A stretch of DNA of 64,000 nucleotides from the human T2T-CHM13v2.0 reference genome, Homo sapiens, in NCBI RefSeq assembly GCF_009914755.1, contig NC_060926.1, one strand, 5' to 3'. The position numbers and the translations under genes were made by a program. Below the pieces are notes generated by a model, which had not been told where the DNA came from, searched no databases, and saw nothing but the letters and a program-made list of their open reading frames with translations. Below are positions 25,910 through 38,448 of this stretch, piece by piece (position 1 is the first letter of the stretch; each line of letters begins with the position of its first letter).

Positions 25910-26006
25910 GTGGGCCCTCCAGGTTCAATCAGAACTGTCAGTGGCCCTCCAGGTTCAATCAGAACTGAAGTGGGCCCTCCAGGTTCAATCAGAACTATCA
26001 GTGGCC
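25910..26006. repeat. ~30-bp minisatellite, 3.2 copies; invariant core ggccctccaggttcaatcagaact
   Basis: Seen directly. Confidence 0.95.
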
Positions 26007-26494
26007 AGTGTCGTAGAGGTAGTAATGCTTTTGTTTGTTAGTTATGAGCATGATACAGGTTCAATAATCTGACCAGTAACATTGCACTCTAGCCAGGATT
26101 AGAAATATTTTTAGGAAGTCAAAGCCAGATGTAAATTATCCCCTCAAGTAAATCTTCATGATGCAGATTCTATAAAAATTGTAGAAAATTGCTATTATCA
26201 TTATGCCACCTGTTTGTATAAAGTCCTTTTGTGAGGCCTGGCTCTGTACCTTCGAGCTGCTCTGTGTGCCTCACTCTGCCATTTGACCATCACTTTTCAG
26301 CAAATGAGCTTCCAACACCCACCTACATTCTGAACCATTATATTTTAAACCACCCTGAACTCTTATTCAACCTGTTCTTGATTGATTGCAGCTTCTGATT
26401 CTTAGGGAAAATCACCTCTGCATTTTATTATTCTTCCTGTAACAATGTCTGCTGACTTCCATCCTCAGCTACAATTCACAGTGAGCTCTTACAT

Positions 26495-26740
26495 TACAAT
26501 AATACAAATGTTTACCATGTGGGGACATCTATATGTACTCGGCATTATGCTAAGTGCTATAACTTGATGAGAGACTACTTTGTATTTAAGTGAAGCAGTG
26601 CACCTGTAAAGAAGATTTGGTTAATCCCACACCACTGCCACCAACAAATACATGATTGGACTGAGATGTGACTTTAAAGATACCTGATACCAACCAAAAC
26701 TCAAGCTTTCGACATGCTGGGGCACACTCTGTGTTACTGA
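26495..26740 (-). mobile_element. Degenerate MIR interrupted by a 50-bp insert at 26561-26610
   Basis: ctatatgtactcggcattatgctaagtgct resembles the antisense MIR tail. Weaker similarity resumes after 26610. Confidence 0.5.
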
Positions 26741-28189
26741 CCCTAAGCCCTGAAACTCTCCCTACTGCATGCATTTGTGGATACATTCTGCCATGTTCAA
26801 TGTGGCTAAGAGAATGAGTGGGAATCAGATGTGTATTCTCCGTTATGCCTATTAAAATTCTATTCAACTTCAGAGAGCCAACTAAAACTCAACCCCCTGC
26901 CTAGTTTTCTCTGACTGACCTTTCTCTCATCTGAACTCCTATAATAATTATTCCTTTGATTGATTCTGTAATTGTTCACCTTGCACAACTTTAGTGCATT
27001 TCTTTCTGCTTTATTTTAAAAACTTATTTATCCTCATTATTATTAGTCAGCATTTTATGTGTTCATATTATAGATCCCCTGTTACAATGAAGACTCCGTG
27101 AAGTCAGACACTTTCTCTAACCTCAACAGAACCTTGATGAAAATAAGCATTTAATTTTTTTCAACCTAAGGTACTTTAAAAGGTTTAGAATATTAGGTGG
27201 CTAGTAACATCTAATAATATTCTAATTTCTGGAGAAAACATTCCTGAAGACACAGAGAGGGCAAAAACACAAGAATAGCAACAACAAAAAAATAGAATTT
27301 AGAGATACCTCATAGTCATAAAGCTAAAGGAGCTGAATTAAAGAAGAAAAATAATAGTTCAGCTATGCTTCACCTCATGAACATGGAGTGACCTCAGGAT
27401 ATCACTATTGTATTCATTGAGGCTGAAATTGGCAGCTTATCTTTTCTACTGCCTGCCTTGTGGTTCAGAGTTTATGATGTGCAAACCCACCAAATACTAG
27501 GCAAGCATCCCTGTGCTACACAGGTGTTGTTTTCTAAAATAGCCAGAATTCTGTTGCTCTTCGTCTTTGCTCCTCTTTCTATATCCATTTAGAGACTGGA
27601 AGTCACAGGAAACAACACGGCAGGAAGAGTGGGGGACTGGCAGTAAAATAAGGCATCCTGGAGAGTATAGTAACCACAATTATATTGCTAAAGATGGAGC
27701 TGGAGTTACAGAAAGCACCAGTAGAAAGGCAGGCTGGGGATTTAATTTTTTATGTATACTAACTACACCCTTACATCGACAACCAGGCTGGGAAAGTTGG
27801 AGATGATTCCACCTGTGTCTAGCAAAACTATGCTAGTAGTCTTGTTGATGAAAAATTTGATAAAGAATAATGCTTATCAAACTGCCTCAAGCTGTACCTA
27901 ACCCTAAGAAAGGAATCCGTCCACCCCTATGAATAATGAATTCAGTCCAGGAATGGTCACATGACCTTCTGTAACCATTAAAGGTTCCATTTGGCTCTAT
28001 GTAGCAGAAAAGTGGACATAGTGATTTAAATAAATAAATCTGTAGTGGGTTTTTTTCTCTTTTTCTTTTTAAATGTTTGTATAACAATAATTCAGAGCAG
28101 TTGCTGTGCTTGGCTAAACACATTATCAAAGACACAGGTTTATCATTTTTCTCCACTCACCATCTTTAGAATGTAGTTTTTTTTTTCCT

Positions 28190-28440
28190 ATTGCCTCTCT
28201 TCTCATGGCCAGCAGATGGCTGCTTTATCCTTAGCATTTCAGCTACATTCCAGGCAGGAAAGAAGACAAGCATTAAGGGAAGAAGGCATGTGCAAGATGA
28301 ACCTGCTCTCTTTTAAATAGCTTCCATGGAAAGCCCATTCAGCAATCTCTACTTACATCTCGTTGTTCAAAAGGGTATCAAATGTTCACGTTTAGCTTCA
28401 AGGAAGACTGGGAGATGTGATTTTTAATCAGGACACTTCG
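28190..28440 (-). mobile_element. Old MLT1 (MaLR) LTR fragment
   Basis: cattccaggcagga..., acttacatctc..., agcttcaaggaagactgggagatgtg are typical of MLT1J/K-like LTRs. Confidence 0.6.
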
Positions 28441-28519
28441 CTGCTGCAAACAAAATAACACTGGATAGAGATTAAGGCTAATATAAGATCAGAGTGAATT
28501 AAGAGTGAGGTGAGAGTAG

Positions 28520-29260
28520 GGACACTCCTCAGATCACACAGGGCTTTGCAGTCGACTACAAGGAGTTTAGATTTTATTATTTGATGCACAATCAGAGGCC
28601 ACGAAAGGATTTTAAGCACATAAGTCTCTCTGTTGGGTAAAGCATAGGTTAGGAGAGGAAGAGAGAAAATGGGGACACTATTAAGGAGCCTGTCCATCCT
28701 ATTCTCTATTCAATAAATCGTGGTGGCTTGTGCTAGATTGGTTGAGTGGGTATAGATGGAACAAAACAATTAAAGGACATTGTCAATATAGAACTGAAAA
28801 GAGTTGCAGAGGGGTTCGATGTAGGTAGAAAGAAAGTAGGAGTCTTCTGAGAGTCAAGATGGAGAAACTGGGTGGATGATAGTGCCAATCACTGAGACAG
28901 GAAGAACCAAATATCACAGGGATCTGGTGAGGTGAGATGTCAAGTGGGTCATATTCGGTTGTGAGAAGCTTGAGATTTCAGTGCACACCGAAGTGAAAGT
29001 GTCATAGGGACAATCAATTACGTGAGTTTGGAGCTCAGAGAATAGATATGCCTTGGAGATATAATTTTGATGTCAACAACCAACAGATGGTATTTAATGC
29101 TACAGAAATAGCCAAGATCCCATTGAGACAAAGCGTAGAAATATAAGAGGGCTCGAACCTTTAAGGAGCCTACAAAGAAGTTAAAAGACTGATTGGAAAA
29201 GGGGGAGTGAACCAGACGATGTCAGTTGACATCCATGAATTTCAATAAAGAAGGGGTGCC
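28520..29260 (-). mobile_element. L2 fragment
   Basis: agatcacacagggcttt...aaggagtttagattttatt...gagtttggagctcagag. Confidence 0.75.
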
Positions 29261-32200
29261 CAAGAAGACTCAAATAAAAAATATATATACATACACACAA
29301 ACACTTAGGTAACTATGGATTCAGTTTCTTTGAAGACAAAAATACTTCAAAGGAATTGAAAATGAGTCAAAACTAGTAGATGTAAATATTGGTATATATG
29401 ACCTAAAAATATTTTAAAAAACCCGAGATGTTTGTTTCATGTACAAGTATTTTGGATATAATTTATAATCATATACAAATATGCACAGTTATACAAGTAG
29501 TATTTATAATTATATATTTAAATGTATGTTTTGATAAAAACTAAGCAATTTTAGAGATTGTTATATATTGTAAATGTTTTTTCGTCTCCTATAAAAGAAA
29601 AACTGAAAATTTATTTTGTACTTTTAACTTTCCCATAAACATATCAATCCTGGTTCAAGGGAGGGAATATCTCATTGCAACATCAGAAAGGATAGGAAAA
29701 TGTCTGGAAAATGATAACTGGCTTCAACATGCAAAATAAATGTTCAAAGATAGAATCAAAGGGCAAACATCAAGGTAAATATAAAGAAGCTACACACAGA
29801 TAATAAAGATAATCCACAAAACTTAAAAAAAAACTCTAATTTTATCTGGAGTAAATTGAGTGGATATTTTGAACTTTATTTTTCATTTACAGTTTGCCCC
29901 AGGATAAAATGATAAGCTCTATTAATCAGAAAAGGTTAATGGCATATTATATCTTTGGTAGATTGATAACAGTCTCTGGACCAAGTTGTTTGTAACTTCT
30001 GTTCAAGAGTACAATAGTACCTCAGCAGCAAATCACATGAAAATGTCAACCGTATGTTAGATTTTACCCACTTAAAGAAAAAAATCCCACAAGAAACGTT
30101 ATAGGATAATGGAATGTGCAAAATTAATCGCTTTTCAAGGGATCGTTCCGAGTTTTATTCTCCTTGGTTGAATTCCCTCCCCAATTTGCCCCTCAGATAT
30201 GCATTCTCTTATTGAACGATGTGATTGTGGCGACTGTACTGGAGCCCACTTTGAGTCAACGTCGCATTTATCAAACAGTTCCCTCTCACCCAAATATTCC
30301 CAGTGTAGTCACTGCTAGCAATCCTCCTTTATTTGTACTCTCCGTTTGTACCTGGTGGATTATATATTATATTAATTCATAATACCAGCTCTGCCAGGCT
30401 CCCTACAGTTACAATTATTAAAGCTGTAACTGAAACGTTATCTCTCATATTGATCTTCAACCAGAAGTTCTTGTCCCGAAGCTTTTGTTTCACATTAAGA
30501 CACTAATGATCACCTTCACCAAATGAGCAGCTTAATAGTCACAAAAAGCTAAATGAAAAGACTTTGATCACCACCTTTGAGAGCACTGTGTTCCAACATC
30601 TCTCCCATCCATAATTGGCAAACACTAACTGAGCTTTTAATTTTTTTTAAAAAAAGAAACATACAAAATACTCTAAAGAAACTTATTTTTTCAGAAAAAT
30701 TTTCTCCTTTTTTGTTGTGTTTGCCAAGTATGCTTAGCCCTACCTATTCTATTTGTTTTCCAGGTCATATAAAGCATCTGTGTGCCTATAGGTTATTTCT
30801 TTATATGTGATTTTTAACAATTTATTCATTTTCTTTTCATAAGAACTGAGATGAGTTATAAATTCAGTTGAAGTGATAGAAATTATGCAGCACTTTTGAG
30901 TGCCTATTTGATTTACTTGTTAAAAGAATTGGTACAGATTAATCAGTATGGTCTCCCCCGTATCTGGAGGGACAATGGAGCTACTCAATGGTTCTTTCAT
31001 ATTCACATTTCCTCCTGGAAAAAGTAGAATAATGACTCTATAATGAAGTCTTTATACAAACACAATGTATCCCGAAAAAATATTAACAATATTTTTGTAA
31101 TTGATCAAATGGGAAGAAAATTCTCTTTGGGTATTAATTAGACATATCAACGTTATTCACTCCACTGCTAAAAAAGTAACAACACTACAGAGACTTTTTA
31201 TATCCAAGTTTTAAATCAACTTTATATTGTAGACTATTAATTTTCCCAATGAACCTGCAGATGCATAATCTGAAAGTGGACACTCTGTAGTGGTGGACTA
31301 TGCATACATAGAAAGAAAACCACAGAGGGTTAAAAAATAGCAAGCCTGAGTTTTTATGGGTCATTAGCTCTTTAATGCACCTCAAGGGCTCCTAAACCAA
31401 TGAACTGAGAGTCTTGGGAAGACTCTAGCCTGACCCGAGTGAAAGAAATGAGGAAGAGCACAAGTATTAGCAGTGCTCGATGCTATTAAAATATTAACCA
31501 AAGACTAATTTGAAAATGTATTAACCACATAGTAAGTTAAGGCCCATCACAGATCAAATGCTAAGTTTTGGGACAGGAAGAAATTGGCGTAAGTAACTGG
31601 CAAATATTCAGGGTGGAAAGATTGGAAGGGAGAAAAGCTATCATGGAAAATGACCTGATAGCCTTTTGAGGCCTTGTGGTTGTCAGAGATCCCTGTGATA
31701 ATGATCTGCATCCATTGGTGCTTCTTCCCTGAGGAGGCAAATGCCTGAAAAACAGAAGCTCCAATATTTCTATGGGTGTGGAGCAGGTATCCGCATAGCA
31801 CAGTGAAGAAAAGTAGTGGGGATACTCACCACTCTCATTCTCAGCCACAGATCTTGGGGTGACTAACGCTCTCTGAAGTCATCTTCAGAAGCCACTATAA
31901 CTCTTTTAAAGTTGCTTCCTTGAACTTAGAAATGGGTGCAATATTTTGGGGGAGGCCTCTCTAACTGCTGCAAACCACCAATATCTCTAAGGCTATTAAT
32001 GATGATCATCTTGAAAACCCAACCTAGTAGCAGATGTGGTTTCAATGGAAAAAGAAAGAGTCAAATCCATGTCAGAGAATCAGAAGAGACAGTGGATGTT
32101 GTCTATTTGAGTAATATAAAAAATAAAGTGATATAATTGAATAGTATAATATACATAATACTTGAAAGAAATTAGTATGTTATACATTGAAAATAAAATA

Positions 32201-32799
32201 CGTATGTCTGTCTAGAGACTATTTTTTTAAAGACTGACAGATTTCAAGGGAATCATTCCACGGTTATGCTTGAACACAAATGAGTTACTATATCTTCAAA
32301 GATTCCTTCAGATCAACAATTGGTCATGTGAGGAAGAGAGATGACTTAATTCCCTTAAGCAAAATACTTCAGGAGGCTTTTGTCACATGGTTCTAAGGAT
32401 TTACAAAAATTATTTAATATTGATGGAAAATATTAAATGAGCAATTATATAAGAAAACTTTTATATTATTCACCTATATCAATGAAACATTTTACTCAGT
32501 TTTAGTTGCAGTTTTCAAAAACAATTGAGAAAAGTATTTAATAAGAAAATAAATCTAACTACTTTGTTAATTTAGGTTATTTGCATCATGTTATTAAAAA
32601 AGTGGAATTGATATTCATATGCAGAAGACATGCTATGAATAAATTAATAATTATATATCCTAAATAAGCTTGAGTTTTGGGCAGCTAGTTAAATTATTAC
32701 ATGATAGCAGAGGATGTATCTTCTTTCTTTTGTCTTCTCTGTCATTTAATATTAAGTAGTAAAAAAAAACTAGTAAATAAGACTAAGAATAATCATGTA

Positions 32800-33660
32800 C
32801 TGCTCAGGTCTTTTTTGGTTGTAAACGTAGAAACCCCATTTGAACTAGTTTAGAAAAGAAAAAAGAGTATTTGCTTTTATAACACATATTCATGATCTAC
32901 TGATAAACCATCCCCAACTGTGTATTTAACTTACAAATCTGCAGTTTGGGCAGGATTCACAAGGCAAGGCTCATCTCATTGGCTGGGGCAGCTCCACTTA
33001 GGCCTGAAAGATTTACTTTGAAGACAGTTCTCTCACATGATTGAAAGCTAATGCTATTGTTTCCTGAAAGCTCAGCTGGGGCCGAGGGTTGCAGATTGGA
33101 GGGGGCTCTCTTTCCTTCCACATGGGCCTTTCCATGGCCTCCTTCAGCTTCCTTATGGCATAGGGACTACGTTCCAGGAGCCAGTGTTCCAAGAGGACCA
33201 GAAAGAAGTTGTATAACCCTTTATGTACAAGTTTTGGAAGTCTTAAGGAGTCACTTTCTTGGCAGTTACAGCCCTGCCATATCTAAGGGAAAGGAACATA
33301 GATTCTCACAGTGAGGAGTATTGTGAATGACTTGGAAAATAAAATATGCGACATAACTGAAATTTAGATATGCTCTTTTCTCTATCTGTGCACCTTTGCC
33401 TCTCTTTTATATGCTGTCTTCTTTTTCCTCTGTTAAGACAGTCTTTCTCCATTAAGTGGGTAAGATGAGAGCCGGCTGTTCACATGCTTAGAGTACTCTG
33501 TCGTAGAATTAAAAGGAATTCTTCTCCATCAGCTTGAGGGGGAATAAGGGCTTAAAAGGCAAAGTTAGAATTTGGACAGTACTCGTCAGAAACATAATTA
33601 GGAAAAATAGTCCCCACTCTCACCAAGTATGGGTTACATTCAGGTCAGACAACATAAAGA
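32800..33660 (-). mobile_element. MLT1 (MaLR) LTR sequence, probably two nested copies
   Basis: ttggttgtaaacgtagaaaccc..., then aatctgcagtttgggcagg...ctcagctgggg...gaagttgtataaccc. Confidence 0.65.
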
Positions 33661-33796
33661 ACATCCACTAAAAGTTTTGACAACAGAAAAGGGTCTTTTG
33701 CATTTTGCTGCCTACCTTTCACTTTCGATTGCATACTCATTTGTTTATTCACTCAAGTATGTGTACTTACACTCTCTGACAGGGAGTGTTCTACAT

Positions 33797-34287
33797 CAGT
33801 GATTCTCAAAGGGTGATCTAGGGATCCCTTGGGGTTCCTCATCCTTTCAGGGGGTCCAAGAGGTCAAATCTATTTTCATAATAATTCTAACATATGATTT
33901 GCTTTTTTCACTCTGATTTTTATAAGGGTGTACAGTGAAGCCTTCCAGAGCCTACATGACATGTATCACAATAGTGAAGAGATTTCCTGCTGTCTTCTCT
34001 TAAGCCAGACATTAAAGACATTTGCAAAAACACAAACCATTGCCTCTCTTGTCACTGAATTTTTCTTTATTTTAGAAAATAGTTATTTTATTAAAAATAT
34101 GCTATTTGTGTTAATAAGCAATGCATTTATTTACTGTATCTACTTAATATGTGTTATTAAAATTACTCAAATTTAGTTTCTAACAAGCTAAATGTTGATA
34201 GTTGTAACCCACATTAACAAGGTCTTTAAGGAATTAAAAAAATTTTTAAGAATATAATGTCCTGTGAAAAATGTTTGAGAACCTGTG
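33797..34287. mobile_element. hAT-Charlie-type MER with terminal inverted repeats
   Basis: Starts cagtgattctcaa and ends tttgagaacctg. Confidence 0.75.
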
Positions 34288-34808
34288 TGTAACTTGAAAT
34301 GTGATATCCAACAAAGCAAACGAAGCCTCTGCTTTCTGAGTACAGAAGAGATGCCAGCCTACTTCAAGGAGGATTACAAGATTTATTATGCCGCACCATA
34401 ATTATCTATCAATGGTCAAGGTCCTCCACAAAACTCTAAGTTTCTAGAGGGCAGAGACTATATATTATTTTCAGAAAAAACTTCAAAAATTATAGTTATT
34501 TTTTCAATGAGAAATACAAAAGTATTCAATTTTAGGCATTCATGAACTCCATTGAAGGATGAAATTTTTCTTATTAATTTACTTCTAAGGTGGCAATAAA
34601 AATTGAGAAGTTATCAGTTTTAAAGAACTCATTAAAATCTAAGGCTTATCAGAAATTGATATTGGCTAAATAGTATCTAAAGTGACATATAAATGTTCAT
34701 GATGTCTGTATTGAAGAATTCACGCTAAATAAAATGGTATTATGTTAAGTGCATTTTACTGATTTGGGGTTGTTATAAACCTACAAACAAAATGTTGGCT
34801 ATTTTTCT

Positions 34809-34964
34809 TCTTTTAATTTTTAAATTTTTTATTACTATTATTTTTTGTAGAGATGTGTCTCGCTGTGTTGCCCTGGCTGGTCTCAAACACCTGGCCTCAA
34901 GCAATCCTCCCGCCTCAGCCTCCCATAGCACTGGGATTATAGGCATAAGCCACTGCGTCAGGCC
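34809..34964 (-). mobile_element. FLAM/Alu left monomer
   Basis: Single monomer with T-rich tail and short TSD atttttct. Confidence 0.88.
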
Positions 34965-35286
34965 CATTTTTCTGATCTTGTGTTAATTTTCCTGCTACTG
35001 AGCATACATAGTACATGCTTCATACATTTTGAGTTTGATTGTTTTAGATTAGATGCAGATTGTAATATAGAAATGCAATATAGAATTGCTTGAGCACCGC
35101 TTTTCATCGCCAGTCTGGAATCACCAATTTATTTTCTTTGGCTATGATTTTGGAGTCTTTAGAAAGCAACACTAAAATCCTAGAGGTAAAGCCTTAGGCT
35201 CATTTAGAATGAGAAATGCTCATTTGCTGCCATGCTAAGGTGCATGCAATTATCCAGGGTACCTGGCAATTAACACCCTTCTCTAG

Positions 35287-35380
35287 TGCAGTGATTACCT
35301 AATTTGGCTAAGAATCATTAGAGGGCTTTTTAAAAATACAGATTCCTGCACCTAACCTAGACCTTACAAATCAGAATCCA
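35287..35380. mobile_element. MER5-like fragment
   Basis: agaatcattagagggctttttaaaaatacagattcctg...aaatcagaatc. Confidence 0.6.
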
Positions 35381-35811
35381 GCTTCTACTATTTACTGAGT
35401 GTCAAATGTTTGATATCTCAAAGCTAAACAAACAAACAAAATCTAGGAAGAGTCCCTATATTTGCCTGTCTCTGTTTTGAAACTCAGCCTATGAAACAAA
35501 GAGCACTATATCATAGAAGTCATCTTGCATTCAAAAGCTACAAATATCCACCTTATATCCTGCCTATAAGTCTCCAACTTCCTCTTATGTCTTAAGAAAA
35601 GTCTAGACATAGCTCAACTGTGTCTAAGCAAATCTGTGCAAGCAAACTTCAGATATATTGCAGGTTTGGTTCCAGACTACCAAAATAAACAAATATTGCA
35701 ATAAAGCAAGTCATACAAAAATTTTGATTTCACAGAGCAAATAAAAGTTATGTTTATACTATTCTATAGTCTATTAAGAGAGCAATATCATTTTGTATAA
35801 AAAACAATATG

Positions 35812-36126
<315 letters not shown>

Positions 36127-36880
36127 TTAAAGAAATATTATTGCTAAAAAATGCTAACAATCATCTGAGCCTTCAAAGAGTCATATCCCTTTTGCTGGTG
36201 GAAGGTCTTGCCTTGATGTTGATGGCTGCTGACTGATCAGGGTGGTGATTTCTGAAGGGCAAAGTGGCTGTGGCAATGTTTTGAAATAAGTCCACAGTGA
36301 AGTTTACCACATTGGTTGCCTCTTTCTTTTGTGAAAGATTTCTCTGTAGCATGTGTTGCTGTTTGACAGCATTTTACCTACAGTAGAATTTCTTTCAAAA
36401 TTGGAGGCAATCCTTTCAAACTCTGCTGCTGTTTTATAAACTGAGTTTATGGAATATTCCAAATTTTGTCATTCCAGCGACATTCACGGCCTCTTCACTG
36501 GGGTACATTCCATCTCAAGTACATTCTTTGCTCATCTGTAAGAAGCACCTTCTCATTAAAATTTTATCATGAGATTGCAGCAATTTAGTTACATCCTCAG
36601 GCTCCACTTCTTATTCTAGTTGTCCTGTTATTTTTACCACATCTACAGTTACATTCTGCATTGAAGTCCTGAACCCCTCAAAGTCATTCATAAGGATTGG
36701 AATACACTTCTTTCAAACTCACATTAATGTTGATATTTTGACCTTCTCTCATGAATCATGAATGTTCTTAGTGACATCTAGAATGGTAAATCCTTTTTAG
36801 AAGGTTTTCAAATTACTTCGTCCAGATCCATCAGCGGAATCACTGCCTATGCAGCTATAGTCTTATTAAATATATTTCTT

Positions 36881-37181
<301 letters not shown>

Positions 37182-38156
37182 TTAAATATATTTCTTAAAT
37201 AACAAAACTCTAAAGCCAAATTTACTACTTGATCCATGAGCTGCAGAATGGATGTTAGCAAGCATGAGAACAACATTATTGTCCTTGTACATCTCCATCA
37301 GAGCTCTTGAGTGACTAGCTGCATTGTCAATGAATAGTAATATTTTGAAAGGAATCTTTTTTTTTGAGCAGTAGGTCTCAACAATGGGCTTAAAATATTC
37401 AGTTAAGTCATGCTGTAAACTGATGTGCTGTCATCCAGGCTTTGTTGTTCCATTTATAAAATACAGGCAAAGTATATTTAGTATCATTTTTAAGGGCCCT
37501 AATATTTTTGGAAGGGCAAATGAGCACTGGCTTCAACTTAAAGACACTGATAACTAGAGAATCAGCCTGTCCTTTGAAGCTTTGAAACCAGGCATTGACT
37601 TTTCCTCTTGAGCTATGGAAATCCTAGATGACATATTTCATATAAAGGTATTTCATCTACATTGAAAATGTGTTGTTTAGTGTAGCTAGCTTCATCAATA
37701 ATTTTAGCTGGATCTTCTAGATAACTTGCTGCAGCTTCTACAACAGCACTTTCAGCTTCACCTTGTACTTTTATGTTATGGAGATGACATCTGTCCTTAA
37801 ACCTCATGAACTAACCTCTGCTGCCTTCAGACTTTTCTTCTGCAGTTTTTCCACCTCTCTCAGCCTTCAAGGAATTGAAGAGGGTTAGGGCCTTGCCCTC
37901 AATTAGGTGTTAGCTCTTAAGGGAAAGTTGTGGCTGCTTTGATCTTCTATCCAGACCACTCAAACTTTCTTCATAGCAACAAGAAGTTTGTTTTACTTTC
38001 TTATCATTCCTGTGTTCACTGTAGGGGCACTTTTAATTTCCTTCAATAACTTTTCCTTTGCATTCACAACTTGACTGGCACATAAAGCCTAGATTTCAGC
38101 TTAACTTGGTTTTTGACATGCTTTCCTCACTAAACTTAATAATTTCTAGCTTTTGA

Positions 38157-38448
38157 TTTTTTTTTTTTTTTGAGACAGAATCTCCCTCTGTTGCCCTGGC
38201 TGGGTGCAGTGGTGTGATCTTGGCTCACTGAAACCCCTGCCTCCCGGGTTCAAGTGATTCTCCAGCCTCAGTCTCCTGTCTCAGATACTCCCAGATACAG
38301 AGTATCTGGGATTACAGGTACTCAGCACCATGCCCACCTAATTTTTGTATTTTAGTAGCAATGGGGTTTTGCCATGTTGGCCAGGCTGGTCTCAAACTCC
38401 TGACCTTGGGTGATCTGCCCACCTCGGTCTCCCAAATTGCTGGAATTA
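38157..38448 (-). mobile_element. AluS inside Tigger1, lacking ~20 nt at its 5' end, with a 22-nt internal insertion
   Basis: Antisense dimer ending at tgctggaatta. Confidence 0.9.

Noticed and set aside
25878-26072. CRISPR-like look of the repeated core, and an ORF with repeated ALQVQSEL
   Set aside because: Linkers are only ~6 nt and related to each other, there are no cas genes and the context is a primate intron. The ORF is a by-product of the 30-bp period.
37613-37807. Transposase-like ORF as a domesticated TIGD/CENP-B-like gene
   Set aside because: Only a 64-aa remnant. The Tigger1 is broken by stops, frameshifts and three Alus.
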